Notes: generated by a model from the letters alone, not told the origin. Shown: positions 17,531 to 28,731, counted from the first letter of the stretch. The stretch is 64,000 nt of DNA from an uncultured Gammaproteobacteria bacterium (GCA_965231015.1 OZ246408.1:147755-211754); one strand, 5' to 3'. Numbers and translations are program-made.

Positions 17531-19372
17531 ATGTGCGGAATAGTCGGATATATCGGAAAAAAGGAGGTTTTGCCAATTTTGGTGGATGGCTTAAAGCGTC
17601 TTGAATATCGTGGATACGACTCAGCTGGAGTAGCTGTAATTTCTGGTGAAACTCTTCAGGTTGTGAAGGCTCCAGGAAAAATTGTGGAACTCGAAGGAAA
17701 ACTCGAAGGATCAAGTATAAAGGACAAAGGACAAAGGATCGGAATCGCTCATACTCGTTGGGCCACTCATGGTCCGCCGACCGAAGATAATGCTCATCCG
17801 CATACGGACTGTTCGGGTAAACTGGCACTCGTACACAATGGAATTGTAGAAAACTATCAAGAACTAAAAACAGAACTTGAAGCGGATGGTCATAAATTTA
17901 AATCCGAAACCGACACCGAGGTGTTGGTTCATTTGGTTGAAAAACATCTTAAAGATTGTAAGGATTTATCAGAAGCTGTCCGGGAAACTGTAAAAGAAGT
18001 TCGAGGCACGTACGGTCTGGCTGCGGTTTCAGCTGGCGCGCCAGAAGAAATTGTGGTTGCCCGAATGGGCTCACCGATAGTGATCGGACTTGGCAAGGAC
18101 GATTTTTTTGTTGCCTCAGATGCCTCGGCCATCATCAACCACACTCGAAACGTAATTTTTTTGGATGATGGAGAGATGTGTGTTTTGCGTCCTGACGGAT
18201 ACGAAATTAAAACTTTAAGTAACCTGCCAGTGGCTAAGGATCCGGAAGAACTAGAGTGGTCATCCGAAGACGTTCAAAAAAATGGCCAGCCACATTTTAT
18301 GAAAAAGGAGATGTTGGAGCAGCCGGAAGTAATCTTGAATTCAACTCGTGGTCGACTGAAACCGAAAGACGGTAAGGCTATCCTTGGTGGATTGTGCGAT
18401 ATTGCCGAACGTTTGCGTGAGCTTGATCGCATCATCATTGTTGGCTGTGGGAGCGCGTATTATGCAGGATTGGTTGGCGAATATATGCTTGAAGAATATG
18501 CAGGAATTCCGGTTGAAGTCGAGCACGCTTCAGAGTTTCGTTACCGCAAAGCCATTATCGATCGTCACACCGCAGTGCTGGCAATTTCTCAATCAGGTGA
18601 AACAGCGGACACGCTCGCGGCCATTCGGGAGGCCAAAGAAAAAGGTGCACTCACTCTCGGAATCGTGAACACAGTTGGTTCAACCATTGCCCGCGATACA
18701 GACGCCGGAGTTTACAACCATGCCGGTCCAGAAATCGGGGTGGCTTCTACTAAAGCGTTCTTGTCTCAAGTCACGGTACTCGCTTTGATGGGTTTGTTCC
18801 TTGGTCGACAACGGGATCTTAGCATGGTCATGGGTAAACGCATTGCGGACGAAATCAATTTGCTACCGGATAAGTTACAATCAATTTTGGACCAGTTCGA
18901 TTTGATAGTTCAGCTCGCAGAGAAATACAAAGATGCCCGCGATTTCATGTACTTGGGTCGTAAATATTTGAACCCAATCGCTCTTGAGGGGGCTCTCAAA
19001 CTCAAAGAAATTAGTTATATCCATGCTGAGGGTTATGCGGCCGGGGAGATGAAGCACGGACCAATTGCTTTAATCGATCCAGAGTTTCCAGTATTCGTGT
19101 TGGCTCCGAAAGATTCCGTGTATGAAAAGACCATCTCAAACTTGGAAGAGATCAAAGCTCGTGGCGGCAAAATCATTGCTCTTACTACCGAAGGCAATGA
19201 AGAGATTCGAAAGTTGGTTGACGATGTAATCTTTATTCCCAAAACTCTGGAAATGCTAACGCCAATCCTGGCTGTAGTACCGCTTCAGATTTTTGCTTAC
19301 GGTGTGGCAACGGCCAAGGGTTATGATCCAGACAAGCCGCGCAACCTGGCTAAGTCAGTTACCGTCGAATAA
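17531..19372 (+). CDS. glmS: glutamine--fructose-6-phosphate aminotransferase
   Basis: Starts MCGIVGY (N-terminal Cys nucleophile). Two SIS domains. 613 aa. Confidence 0.95.
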   Translation: MCGIVGYIGKKEVLPILVDGLKRLEYRGYDSAGVAVISGETLQVVKAPGKIVELEGKLEGSSIKDKGQRIGIAHTRWATHGPPTEDNAHPHTDCSGKLALVHNGIVENYQELKTELEADGHKFKSETDTEVLVHLVEKHLKDCKDLSEAVRETVKEVRGTYGLAAVSAGAPEEIVVARMGSPIVIGLGKDDFFVASDASAIINHTRNVIFLDDGEMCVLRPDGYEIKTLSNLPVAKDPEELEWSSEDVQKNGQPHFMKKEMLEQPEVILNSTRGRLKPKDGKAILGGLCDIAERLRELDRIIIVGCGSAYYAGLVGEYMLEEYAGIPVEVEHASEFRYRKAIIDRHTAVLAISQSGETADTLAAIREAKEKGALTLGIVNTVGSTIARDTDAGVYNHAGPEIGVASTKAFLSQVTVLALMGLFLGRQRDLSMVMGKRIADEINLLPDKLQSILDQFDLIVQLAEKYKDARDFMYLGRKYLNPIALEGALKLKEISYIHAEGYAAGEMKHGPIALIDPEFPVFVLAPKDSVYEKTISNLEEIKARGGKIIALTTEGNEEIRKLVDDVIFIPKTLEMLTPILAVVPLQIFAYGVATAKGYDPDKPRNLAKSVTVE

Positions 19373-19374
19373 TC

Positions 19375-20589
19375 ATGTGGTCTAATTTATTTACCAAACC
19401 CACTAAACCAACCCGAAGCCTTGACGAGGTCATGTTTGAGATTATTCAGGAAGGTGGTTGGCTTTCAAAAGCTGATGAGGCTTTATCCAAAGCTCGAAAA
19501 AAATATCCGGTTCTGGCCGACACTCTGGATAGCCCCCAATCTCCGGACAAGCATGCGGAAGGGCCACGGGTTAATGACCACATTCGATTAATGTTGGCCT
19601 CGCTCTATGCAATTGTTGATGGTCGATTGAAACTTCTTGAAATCGAAGAGTTTGCTCGAATGAAAGGTTATGAAGGTGAGATTGAGGAAATAGAAAACAC
19701 CATCAAGGAACGGGCGGCTTGGTACGAGGTTTTCGCTCTTATGCACGACCTGGCCAAAGGTCCCACAGTCCGTTTTATTCCCGCCCCAGAGTCACTTGGA
19801 CAAGAGCTTGGATTTGGAACCTTAAAAGCCGGATGGGATGAGATTGGTGGGGAAGAGCGACTGGTATGGCAAAAAACATACGATGATTTGTATGCCGGGT
19901 TCGCCGCAACCAGGGTGGGAGAAAAGCGACAAATGATCCAAGTAGAGTTTTTCAAAAAATATGGCATCTCGGTTTCAAACTGGGGGCATGCCAAAGCAAT
20001 CTATAAGCCGCACCTAGAAGAGCTGATTCGAGCCTGCGCTAAGGAATATCGTTTGAGCGATTTTGACACAGATTTGTTGGTTGACATTATTGCCATGCAT
20101 TTAGAGCCCCTGGTCCGTTTTCGTAAAGGAGCAGAACCAAAAGATTATGATTACTTATTGGCTCACGCTAACAGACAAGGCTATGACGCAGATGATTATC
20201 TAGATTTATTACAAGGTTGTGTTTTACTAGATATGGTTCTTGGTCGCCAGGCGGTCGGTCCATACGGTTACTGGCATGATCCAGTCACACTGGAAAACAT
20301 GCTTCGGGCGGAACATGATTGGGCTCCTTGGAAAAAAGAAGCTGGAGTCAAGCAAAAAGAACAGGAGGCAGACAAAATTAAAAAACAAGTCATGAAAGAG
20401 TTTGGTTTGGACGGTAGTTCTATCATGAGTTTAACAGGGATGACACCTGGGCCGGAACTTGGTAAGCTTCTAAAAGATATCAAACGAGCCATAGATGAAC
20501 TTGGCTATTTACCGAAAATCGATCGCAAGCATGAGACCGAGATTATGCGGCGAATAGGCGAAGCTCGGATCAAATTAACCAACCTATGA
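19375..20589 (+). CDS. hypothetical protein (weak resemblance to the C-terminal region of CCA-adding/HD enzymes)
   Basis: 404-aa ORF translationally coupled to glmS. No firm motif. Confidence 0.4.
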   Translation: MWSNLFTKPTKPTRSLDEVMFEIIQEGGWLSKADEALSKARKKYPVLADTLDSPQSPDKHAEGPRVNDHIRLMLASLYAIVDGRLKLLEIEEFARMKGYEGEIEEIENTIKERAAWYEVFALMHDLAKGPTVRFIPAPESLGQELGFGTLKAGWDEIGGEERLVWQKTYDDLYAGFAATRVGEKRQMIQVEFFKKYGISVSNWGHAKAIYKPHLEELIRACAKEYRLSDFDTDLLVDIIAMHLEPLVRFRKGAEPKDYDYLLAHANRQGYDADDYLDLLQGCVLLDMVLGRQAVGPYGYWHDPVTLENMLRAEHDWAPWKKEAGVKQKEQEADKIKKQVMKEFGLDGSSIMSLTGMTPGPELGKLLKDIKRAIDELGYLPKIDRKHETEIMRRIGEARIKLTNL

Positions 20590-21131
20590 TTACAACACTC
20601 ACCGGAACGGTAACTTATAAAGGATTAGATTGGCTTGTGCTTGAAGTACAGGGGGTCGGGTTTAAAGTGAATATGCCAGCTGAACAAATTAGTGGCCTGT
20701 CCGGGGGGATAACTTTGTATACCCATGAGGTCAACAGGGAAGATTCCCATGAATTGTTTGGTTTCTTTTCCATAGAAGCACTCGAGCTTTTTTGGAATCT
20801 GATTAGTGTTTCTGGAGTAGGTCCTAAGGTTGGTCAAAAAATTGTAACCGTTGAAGCAGTGGATGAGGTAAAAGCCAAAATTATGGCCGGGGACCTGGGT
20901 TTTCTAACAGGTATTTCTGGGGTTGGTAAAAAAACAGCGCAAAAAATTATTTTAGAGTTAAAAGGAGCGCTGGCGGAAGAGGTCCCGTCCGCTACCCTGG
21001 ATCAAGATGCCCTGGCCGCTCTCGTTAATCTTGGCATTACTAGAAGGGAAGCTGAAGAGACGCTCTCACAGGTGGAAGCAGAGGATACGGACGAGCGGAT
21101 CAGACAAGCACTTAAGTTGTTTGATAAGTAA
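20586..21131 (+). CDS. ruvA: Holliday junction branch migration complex subunit RuvA
   Basis: LISVSGVGPKVGQKI and LTGISGVGKKTAQKIILELKG helix-hairpin-helix motifs. Domain order matches RuvA. Confidence 0.85.
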   Translation: MITTLTGTVTYKGLDWLVLEVQGVGFKVNMPAEQISGLSGGITLYTHEVNREDSHELFGFFSIEALELFWNLISVSGVGPKVGQKIVTVEAVDEVKAKIMAGDLGFLTGISGVGKKTAQKIILELKGALAEEVPSATLDQDALAALVNLGITRREAEETLSQVEAEDTDERIRQALKLFDK

Positions 21132-21132
21132 T

Positions 21133-22125
21133 ATGGATATTCGGAAAGTTGGTGACAAGGAGCAATGGAATAATTTTGTGGTTGAACATGGCCCGCGTTC
21201 CGGGGTTTTTTTGCATTCTTGGGAATGGGGGGAATTTTTAAAAGCAGGAGGAACAAAGCTTGATCGGCTTGGTTTTTATGAGAACGATTTGTTGTTTGGT
21301 GTGGCTCAAATTGATTTGAACCATTTACCTTTAAAAAAGAATTATGCCGCTTGTTTACGGGGGCCGATTTTTAATGACAAACACCACTCAGAGGATATTG
21401 TTGAACTGGGTGATTTTTTAAAGCAAGAATACGGAGTCATATTTTTTCGCTTTGAACCACTGAATCCGATTTCAGGAAAAATACAAAATAAGAAAATAAA
21501 AACAACCGCGTCTGTTTCACCAAAACATACTTTGATTACTGATATATCAGGAAGTGAGACTGACCTAATGTATGCCATGCATTCCAAAACTCGCTACAAT
21601 ATTCGTTTGGCTGAACGAAAGGGGGTGCAGGTAGAGGAAATACATCCGCAACACTTTGAGAAGGCTTGGCAGATATTTTCTGAAACGAGTCAAAGGGATC
21701 AATTCAAACTGCACAGCAAGCAACATTATGAGCGCATGCTATCCTTTTTTAAGAGTGGTAACGTTCCGGTTCGTTTAGTTGGTGCTTACTACAAAGATGA
21801 TTTGTTGGCCACCAACATCATGGTTGATTTTTCCGGTACCAGGACTTATCTTCACGGTGCCTCCTCAAACAGATCACGAAATGTCATGGCACCATATGCC
21901 TTACACTGGCATGAAATACGTGAGGCACAAAAAAATAATTTGAGTCATTACGATTGGTGGGGGATTTCTGATGATAACCCGGCCTGGGCCGGGATCACTC
22001 GTTTCAAACGTGGGTTCGGGGGAGAAGAGATAGTATATCCTGGTTCGTTTGATTATGTATTAGAGCCTGGTAGTTACATATTGTATAAAATCCTCCGGCG
22101 ACTGTTGTACGGACCAAGGAAATAG
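21133..22125 (+). CDS. FemAB-family peptidoglycan bridge-formation aminoacyltransferase
   Basis: The start MDIRKVGDKEQWNNFV...HSWEWGEF is typical of FemAB (PF02388). The start was taken at ATG 21133 rather than the track start 21007, which overlaps ruvA. Confidence 0.65.
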   Translation: MDIRKVGDKEQWNNFVVEHGPRSGVFLHSWEWGEFLKAGGTKLDRLGFYENDLLFGVAQIDLNHLPLKKNYAACLRGPIFNDKHHSEDIVELGDFLKQEYGVIFFRFEPLNPISGKIQNKKIKTTASVSPKHTLITDISGSETDLMYAMHSKTRYNIRLAERKGVQVEEIHPQHFEKAWQIFSETSQRDQFKLHSKQHYERMLSFFKSGNVPVRLVGAYYKDDLLATNIMVDFSGTRTYLHGASSNRSRNVMAPYALHWHEIREAQKNNLSHYDWWGISDDNPAWAGITRFKRGFGGEEIVYPGSFDYVLEPGSYILYKILRRLLYGPRK

Positions 22126-22226
22126 ATAATGAGCCCGTCCATGCGACGGGCTTTAAAGTCCAGGCTTGACAGGCTGGTTTTTTTGTTTTATCTTGGGGGA
22201 GTTCATCTGAGAGAGGAGATCTACTG

Positions 22227-22553
22227 ATGAGTCAGGGGGAAAAGGGTTATTTGCATGTGGCTGATCTCGGTGACATGACCTGCTTTGTCATTCCCATGGG
22301 GAGCAGGTGGCTCGAAGTTGCCAACTTCGGACGTCATGGAATCGAGGTGGCCAATCTGACGCACCCGGTGATGAACTGCAGGGTCACACCGGCTGAAGAT
22401 GAAGATCTGCTCCAGCTGCTAGAAAAGCTGGCGATTATCGACAAGAATCTTCCCGAAGCCTGGGCGGCAAGTCTCGGGCGAACAAGCGAGTTCGCCGAGG
22501 CCGAGCGACTCAACCGCATCTTGGCCGAGTTCTTGCAACACGGCCCCTTCTGA
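22227..22553 (+). CDS. hypothetical small protein
   Basis: Own promoter TTGACAggctggtttttttgtttTATCTT and SD. Followed by the bidirectional terminator at 22562-22606. Confidence 0.45.
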   Translation: MSQGEKGYLHVADLGDMTCFVIPMGSRWLEVANFGRHGIEVANLTHPVMNCRVTPAEDEDLLQLLEKLAIIDKNLPEAWAASLGRTSEFAEAERLNRILAEFLQHGPF

Positions 22554-22561
22554 CACGCAAT

Positions 22562-22606
22562 CAAAAAAAACCCGCAAACCAGTCTTGGTTTGCGGGCGTA
22601 TTTTTT
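22562..22606. terminator. bidirectional rho-independent terminator
   Basis: aaaaaaaacccgcaaaccagtcttggtttgcgggcgtatttttt. Confidence 0.75.
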
Positions 22607-22607
22607 G

Positions 22608-24566
22608 TTATTCAATTACTACTCCCTGGTTGGCCAAGTATTCATCACCCGAAGCTTCAGTGGTTAATTCTCCATTGGAAACACTCATTTTTTCTTGAGT
22701 TACAGAATCAGTAGCAGTAACAGAGATTGGATTAACCAGTTTCACAAAAGTACCAACATCATTTTGGTCTGGGGTGATTGATACTTCAAAGTAAGATTCC
22801 AGTTGTGAAATACTAGTCGGTAAGTTGTTGATATACCATCGAACCACACGGGACTCCGGATGAAAAGTGAGTTCTCCCATGTCTGTGGCGTAGCGTCCGG
22901 TCCAGGAGACATTCAGCGGCAAAGTGGCTGAAACTTCTATTTCATTGATATCATGCAGACTGTTAGTCAGATCAAGTTGAATTCTGTAGCTTGTGGTTTC
23001 ATCAACGGTGGGTGGAATTGTTCCGGTGCCTAGTTCATTTCCCTCGTCATCGTAAAAACGGCTTAAAGCATTAAAAGCTAGATCAGAATTGATACCAATG
23101 TTGATCGGTGAACTGGAAATACTGCGTTCACTAATGACATTGCCTATCTGTTGCATGGCACTAGTTAGGGTTAAGGTTAAATTATCTCCGGTAAGGTCAG
23201 GATCAATTTCTTCAACAACCGGAAGAGTTAAATCAATCACATCTTCCTGATTTGGTTCTAACAAAGCAAGGTTTGGCAAGCTTGTACTATCCCAGGTGAT
23301 AGTGCCACCGGTTTCATTATAAGTTCCACCAAACAGATCTGCACTGGCAAAGTCGATCGGTAGATTTAATCCGTCACTATTTTCAAGCTTTAATTCAAAT
23401 GATGCATTACCAATATTTTCTGTGCCCTGGTTAGCGTACTTAATAGAGATCCGTAAGTTGTCTCCGAGTTCAACCGACTGGTCACTTTCCTGACCATTGA
23501 TTACTGTATAGGCCACCAGGTTTCCACCGAGTACATCAGTTTGTACTGTGGTTTCGGTCTGGGTCAATTCAACCCCGGAAGTATTTTTAAATACGGAAAC
23601 CATGCTTAGGCTGTTGAGACCCGAAGCCTCGGAAGCATAACTTCCCTTGATTTTGATTTCTGTGGTAGTGTTTGGATCCAAGTTTTCAAAGACCCATCTG
23701 GCTTCTTTGTTTTCAGGTAAAGCCGGTTCAGCTTCTGAAATCAGAAAGTGATTTTGCGGTTTTAGATAAACTTCAAAGTTTTGTGCCGGTTCTGATCCGG
23801 AATTAGTTAGACGATAAACATATTCCACTTCGTCCCCGGGAACGGTTTCCATTGATCCCTCAAACTTGGCCTCCAGAACCGTATCTTTGATCATGAATTC
23901 TTTGGTTTCAATATCCTGAAAATCAGCGTTAAAATTTGCCGGTCGGTAGGTGATAATTGCCTGGATGGTGGAGGCGCTTGGTACGTCACCGATGATAGTT
24001 CCGTCAATGGTGATAGATCCATCAGAACCCGGTCGCAAACTACCAATGGTCCAGGTTTTTTGTTCGTCAGTTGGAGAAGGGGAAAATTCGTTGATAATAA
24101 AGGTTTCTGGCAAGTTGAGCTGAATTTCAAGGGCGGCCACCGGCAGTTTGCCATCGTTTTCATAACGGATCTTGTATTCGGCTTGACTGCCACTTGTGAC
24201 TTCTTCCGGCCCTTGAATGGTCACCTGAATTGATTCACTACTTCGACTACCCCAAGGGTCAAAAATCAAAAATCCAGCCCAGGCTATTCCAGACAGAATC
24301 AGAGCCACACCAATAAAGCCAACCAGAAAACGAGTTAACCTACTGGAACGCCTTTTATCCAGCTTCCCAAGCTCAGGTTTTTTATCGCCAGAACCGTAGA
24401 TGGCATTTAGTTCCTGGTCGAAATTACGACTAGGTGGGGTAGGAGCCTTGGCCGGCTTCTTTTTAGAAGATAATTTCTTGGCTGGTTTTTTGGCCAGTGC
24501 TTTTTTAGTTGGTTTGGTTTTATTTTTGGGGACTCGAGCCATATTACAAATCTCTTTCAAAAACAA
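22608..24566 (-). CDS. hypothetical membrane-anchored surface protein with Lys-rich N-terminus
   Basis: 652 aa. N-terminal KKPAKK repeats then a TM helix. Last gene of the minus-strand envelope operon. Confidence 0.6.
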   Translation of the reverse strand: MFLKEICNMARVPKNKTKPTKKALAKKPAKKLSSKKKPAKAPTPPSRNFDQELNAIYGSGDKKPELGKLDKRRSSRLTRFLVGFIGVALILSGIAWAGFLIFDPWGSRSSESIQVTIQGPEEVTSGSQAEYKIRYENDGKLPVAALEIQLNLPETFIINEFSPSPTDEQKTWTIGSLRPGSDGSITIDGTIIGDVPSASTIQAIITYRPANFNADFQDIETKEFMIKDTVLEAKFEGSMETVPGDEVEYVYRLTNSGSEPAQNFEVYLKPQNHFLISEAEPALPENKEARWVFENLDPNTTTEIKIKGSYASEASGLNSLSMVSVFKNTSGVELTQTETTVQTDVLGGNLVAYTVINGQESDQSVELGDNLRISIKYANQGTENIGNASFELKLENSDGLNLPIDFASADLFGGTYNETGGTITWDSTSLPNLALLEPNQEDVIDLTLPVVEEIDPDLTGDNLTLTLTSAMQQIGNVISERSISSSPINIGINSDLAFNALSRFYDDEGNELGTGTIPPTVDETTSYRIQLDLTNSLHDINEIEVSATLPLNVSWTGRYATDMGELTFHPESRVVRWYINNLPTSISQLESYFEVSITPDQNDVGTFVKLVNPISVTATDSVTQEKMSVSNGELTTEASGDEYLANQGVVIE

Positions 24567-27483
24567 TTCCTAAATAAACCTCATCATTGTTTTCGGCATT
24601 TATGGTAACAGTTTGTTCATTATGGTCTTCATTGGTTGACCAGATTATATTCAGCCGTGGATCGAGATCAACCTCAACGTTGTAACTTCGATCAATTACC
24701 CCGGATTGTTTTTGGATAAATAGGTTATATGAATCAATTGGGTGTAGACCAACCAGGTCTTTGATTTTTTGAACCAAATCGTAGTCATTGGACAGGGTTT
24801 GAATTTTCCATGGCAGTCGGTAGGTGAAAGACGCCACCTCGGTTTCACCCGGCTTGGTTTGAATCCAGTTTCCAAACACGGTTTTACCAAACTCCTCGCT
24901 AATGGTAGTACCGCTGGCTGGATCGGTGTAAGTGGCACTAGCGGCAAAGGACAGGTCCTCGTCTTCACTGAAAAAAGGTTGTGGTCTTTCAAATAAATAT
25001 GGTTCTGGAATTTCAAATCCACTGGCAGCAATTAATTCGCTACCGCGTGGAACATAAAGACGGGCGTAATCTACGTTATTGACTCCAGTAAACAGCTCGT
25101 TGGCAAGGCCATTATGCGTTCTGGAAATAGTGACCGTGTTGGTGATTGTACCATCGGTGGCAAACCCAACCTGCACATCAACTTCTTCGGTGATAATACT
25201 ATCTGTTTTGCCACCACCAAGGTTAGAGGTGATAAGCATCAGATAATCCCCGGCCCCTCTTTTGACTTCTCCGGCCCAACCAAGTTCTTGAATTTGTTCT
25301 TCCAATTTATGATCTTTAAAGTAAAGTTGGATATCTTTTTGAGCTAACCCGGTTCCCAGGTGAGAGAGAATATTAAGAAAAGTATCAGTGTCCTGGTCTT
25401 TTATTCGTTCCAATAAAATTGGAGCCAGGTCTGCTATGAATTGTTTTGGAGCAGATTTATCCGCTTCGGTCTCTACGATTTTTTGTGTTTCAAAGACAAA
25501 GTTTTCCGAGTTTATGGTTCGGCCATACTCATCCATTTCAACTGGTCCGAGCAGACCTATCAAGTCAGCCATGTAGGTGGCGTTCAAAGAAATAACTCCA
25601 TCAACACTTGGCCCACCTGAATTATCATGGAATTCAATGAGTTTTTTTGCCGAAGCAGGGAAGTCGGGAAACCAATTGGCGTCCTGGAATTCCCAGCGAG
25701 CGTTGATTAGTTGTAGTGGTTCCGGGGAAGCTAAAAACTCCTGGTTGCTACCCTGAAGGTCATAGGAGCCTCCGGCCGGAATATAGACATCCTCGATTTC
25801 CCCGTTGTATATGTCGAGCAGAGCATAGCTACCAATGAAACCACCAGTTGGTCGTAGTTCATTGTTGTTTTGGAATATAACAAGATAACGTTTCTTTTCT
25901 TCTTCACCCATGATTTCTTTGGCCAGTTCAGAAAAGGACAAAAATTCGTTCAAGGTTGTAGTTAATTGTGGTAAAGCGCTAGTTAATTCTTGGTAGGCCG
26001 GGACAATATCTTCGGGAAGCTTGCTCGGATTAATTCCATATAGGTGTTCCGAGGCTTCTTCTAAAAATGGCAAAGATCGATTAAGAGAGGTTTCGAGAAT
26101 TTTGATTTTGGCCACCGGGGTATTAGAGATTTCAGTTTGCATGGCCGCAAAGGCATCAGACAAACGAGTGGCGGCACGCGAAAGGGAGTCCCCGGCTTTT
26201 AATAGCTCTGCTTTAGATCGGGTTTCTGGAATAAGTCCGGACAATGTATTGATGGCCAGACCCATGTCGCGCAGAGTGCTTTGAGCTTTGGCAAATTCAT
26301 CACTGGCTGTGGCAAATTGATTGGCTGCGTTATCAAAGTCAGCTCCGGCCACCGCATCAGCCCCGGAAGTAAGATTAGATAAAGCGGCGTGACCGGTATT
26401 TTCAAGACTGGCTTTGGCTTCAGAGAGATTGCGAAAAGTTCCCATGGCGTGCAAAGGAAGCACAAAGACAAAGGAGAGCAGGACAAAACCAGCAATGGCT
26501 CGATGCCAACCGTGCTCTAATCGCAGGCCGATCGGGAAATGCCACTGCCGTGGTTCTTTAACTCTGCTTGTCGTTTTAACTTTTTCCGTTGACTCTTCTT
26601 CTGACTTCACAATGGCCGGTCCGGCAGAGCTAAGAACAAATTCCGGCAGTTCTTCTCTTGTTTCTGCTTCCGCGACCACTTCATCAAAGGTTTCAGCTTC
26701 CTCGGTTTCCGGCAGATCAAGTAAGTCAAAAATATCGACCGGAGTTTCATAAGGAATTTCCGCCATTGGTTCCGGAGTATAAAATCGACTTAAGTTCAAT
26801 TCTTCCAATTTTGGCATCTTTGGTTTGGTAAACCAGAGTGGTTCTACAATTTCTGTGAAATCTTTTTCTTGGATTTGCCCGGATAAAACTTTTTCATCAA
26901 CCAGCATGCCCTCCATTGGATCTTCAGACGGGGTAGTATGCATGACCCAGTCCAGGCTGTTTAGAAAATTAATTTCCGGAACAGATTGTTCTTGATCTTC
27001 AAGAAGAACGGATGGGGTTGGTAGGTCTCGGGTCAAATAAATTGTGAAGGGAGAAAGGGGAGCCTCGTCTGCCACTCTAAGATTAAGTTTGTGGTGCTTT
27101 TTCTTGGCTGCTTCTCGTTCGATTCTTTTTAATTCGTCTTTTGAAGATTCAATAATCGAGGTTAAAACCTCAGCTCGTTCTAGGGCTTCTTTTTTGGTGA
27201 TAGGGCGTGGGATAACCGTAGACTTGTTTGCCGCTGCTTGTTTCTTGGCCGCTGTTTTCTTTTTTACAACCGGTTTCTTTTTGGTCGACGTTTTCCTCTT
27301 GGCCGTTGTTTTCTTTTTAGTTGCAGACTTTTTCTTGGGTGCAACCTTTTTCACAGCTTTCTTGGTCGTTTTTTTCTTGGTCGTCTTTTTTGACTTCGAA
27401 ACCTTGGCCGCGCTTTTTTTAACGGTTTTTTTGGTCTTCCCAACGTTTTTGGTTTTCCTAGTTGTTTTTTTCTTAGCCGGCAT
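24544..27483 (-). CDS. DUF4012-like large membrane-anchored protein with Lys-rich N-terminus
   Basis: 979 aa. Lys-rich N-terminus, a TM helix, and the motif YLVIFQNNNELRPTGGFIGSYALLD characteristic of DUF4012. Confidence 0.6.
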   Translation of the reverse strand: MPAKKKTTRKTKNVGKTKKTVKKSAAKVSKSKKTTKKKTTKKAVKKVAPKKKSATKKKTTAKRKTSTKKKPVVKKKTAAKKQAAANKSTVIPRPITKKEALERAEVLTSIIESSKDELKRIEREAAKKKHHKLNLRVADEAPLSPFTIYLTRDLPTPSVLLEDQEQSVPEINFLNSLDWVMHTTPSEDPMEGMLVDEKVLSGQIQEKDFTEIVEPLWFTKPKMPKLEELNLSRFYTPEPMAEIPYETPVDIFDLLDLPETEEAETFDEVVAEAETREELPEFVLSSAGPAIVKSEEESTEKVKTTSRVKEPRQWHFPIGLRLEHGWHRAIAGFVLLSFVFVLPLHAMGTFRNLSEAKASLENTGHAALSNLTSGADAVAGADFDNAANQFATASDEFAKAQSTLRDMGLAINTLSGLIPETRSKAELLKAGDSLSRAATRLSDAFAAMQTEISNTPVAKIKILETSLNRSLPFLEEASEHLYGINPSKLPEDIVPAYQELTSALPQLTTTLNEFLSFSELAKEIMGEEEKKRYLVIFQNNNELRPTGGFIGSYALLDIYNGEIEDVYIPAGGSYDLQGSNQEFLASPEPLQLINARWEFQDANWFPDFPASAKKLIEFHDNSGGPSVDGVISLNATYMADLIGLLGPVEMDEYGRTINSENFVFETQKIVETEADKSAPKQFIADLAPILLERIKDQDTDTFLNILSHLGTGLAQKDIQLYFKDHKLEEQIQELGWAGEVKRGAGDYLMLITSNLGGGKTDSIITEEVDVQVGFATDGTITNTVTISRTHNGLANELFTGVNNVDYARLYVPRGSELIAASGFEIPEPYLFERPQPFFSEDEDLSFAASATYTDPASGTTISEEFGKTVFGNWIQTKPGETEVASFTYRLPWKIQTLSNDYDLVQKIKDLVGLHPIDSYNLFIQKQSGVIDRSYNVEVDLDPRLNIIWSTNEDHNEQTVTINAENNDEVYLGIVFERDL

Positions 27484-27485
27484 GT

Positions 27486-28622
27486 TTAGCCTTGTTCGTT
27501 ATAAAGTTTTAGGATTTCTTTGGCCATGGTTTGCCAAGAATACTTTTTAACTTGATCTGCTCCTTTGGCTTTTAATTTGTCCCGTAGTTCAGAGTCGGTT
27601 AAGCCTTGCTCCATTGTCCGAACCATGGCTTCAATATCATCAGGGTGAAAATATAAGGCGGCATCTCCTAAAATTTCGGGGATAGCCGTGGCTTTGGAAG
27701 CGGCAACTGGCACCCCGCGGGCCATAGCTTCAAGCGGTGGCAAGCCAAAGCCCTCGTGTCGGGAAGGAAAAACGTATAGAGCAGCATGGGCATAGAGTTG
27801 GTCTAGCTCTTGTTCTGACGCATAACCAAAAAAGATAACGGACTCATGCGGAACGTCGATTTCATCAAATTCGCGCTCAAGCCATTTCCAGAAAACATCT
27901 TTCTTTCCGACAAGCACCAGCTTCACTTCCGGATGAAGCCGGTGAAAGAAAGAGAAGGCATGTAAAAGCGCTTCTAAGTTTTTATGAGGGTAGGCGTTAC
28001 CAACATAGAGCAGATACGGAGCAGAAAATGGACGCTGGATTTCAAGATTTCTGGATTTCAAGATTTCTGGATTTTTTGGCTCAGTTACTCCTTCATGAAC
28101 AACGGAAATTTTGTCAGTCGGAACTGAGAAATTTTTCAAAATTGAACCTTTGGTAAAGTTGGAAACAGCAATAATGTGCTTCGATCGATTAACTGCCTGT
28201 TTGAGAACAAACTTGTAGCCAGCGTATTTGAGATGAAAACGGATTGGGTCAAGCTGTGAAGCTTTGTTCGAGTTTGGTTCATCGAGCATGATGAGGTCAT
28301 GGATGGTGACCATAAATGGTGTCTTGGCTCGAAGTGGGATGTTCCAATGCGGATAATGAACAAAATCGCATACGGCACCGTCGATTATTTTCGGCATCTT
28401 GATTTGTTCGGCCATAGTATACCAATGAACGTCGGCTAATACTTTTTCAAAGTTCGGGTTGGTGATTTTGCACGTGTCAAGGTTGTCACGTTTCAGAAAT
28501 AAAACATAGCGGTTCTTTTTGTCGATTCGTTGCAGTTCATTAACGAGCTGTTCAACATATCGACCAAGACCGCCTCCCCCCACTTTTGGGCCGTAAAGCC
28601 GTGCATCAATCCCAATCTTCAT
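27486..28622 (-). CDS. glycosyltransferase family 4
   Basis: Starts MKIGIDAR. C-terminal EGFGLPPLEAMARGVPV motif. Confidence 0.8.
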   Translation of the reverse strand: MKIGIDARLYGPKVGGGGLGRYVEQLVNELQRIDKKNRYVLFLKRDNLDTCKITNPNFEKVLADVHWYTMAEQIKMPKIIDGAVCDFVHYPHWNIPLRAKTPFMVTIHDLIMLDEPNSNKASQLDPIRFHLKYAGYKFVLKQAVNRSKHIIAVSNFTKGSILKNFSVPTDKISVVHEGVTEPKNPEILKSRNLEIQRPFSAPYLLYVGNAYPHKNLEALLHAFSFFHRLHPEVKLVLVGKKDVFWKWLEREFDEIDVPHESVIFFGYASEQELDQLYAHAALYVFPSRHEGFGLPPLEAMARGVPVAASKATAIPEILGDAALYFHPDDIEAMVRTMEQGLTDSELRDKLKAKGADQVKKYSWQTMAKEILKLYNEQG

Positions 28623-28731
28623 AAAGTATATACCCTTGCTGAAATTGATCTTTCAGCTTCTATATTATAGCAAAAAAATAAGCTCTCGTCCGCTTATTTT
28701 TCCACATTCAATCAATTTTTCGTTTTTGGCT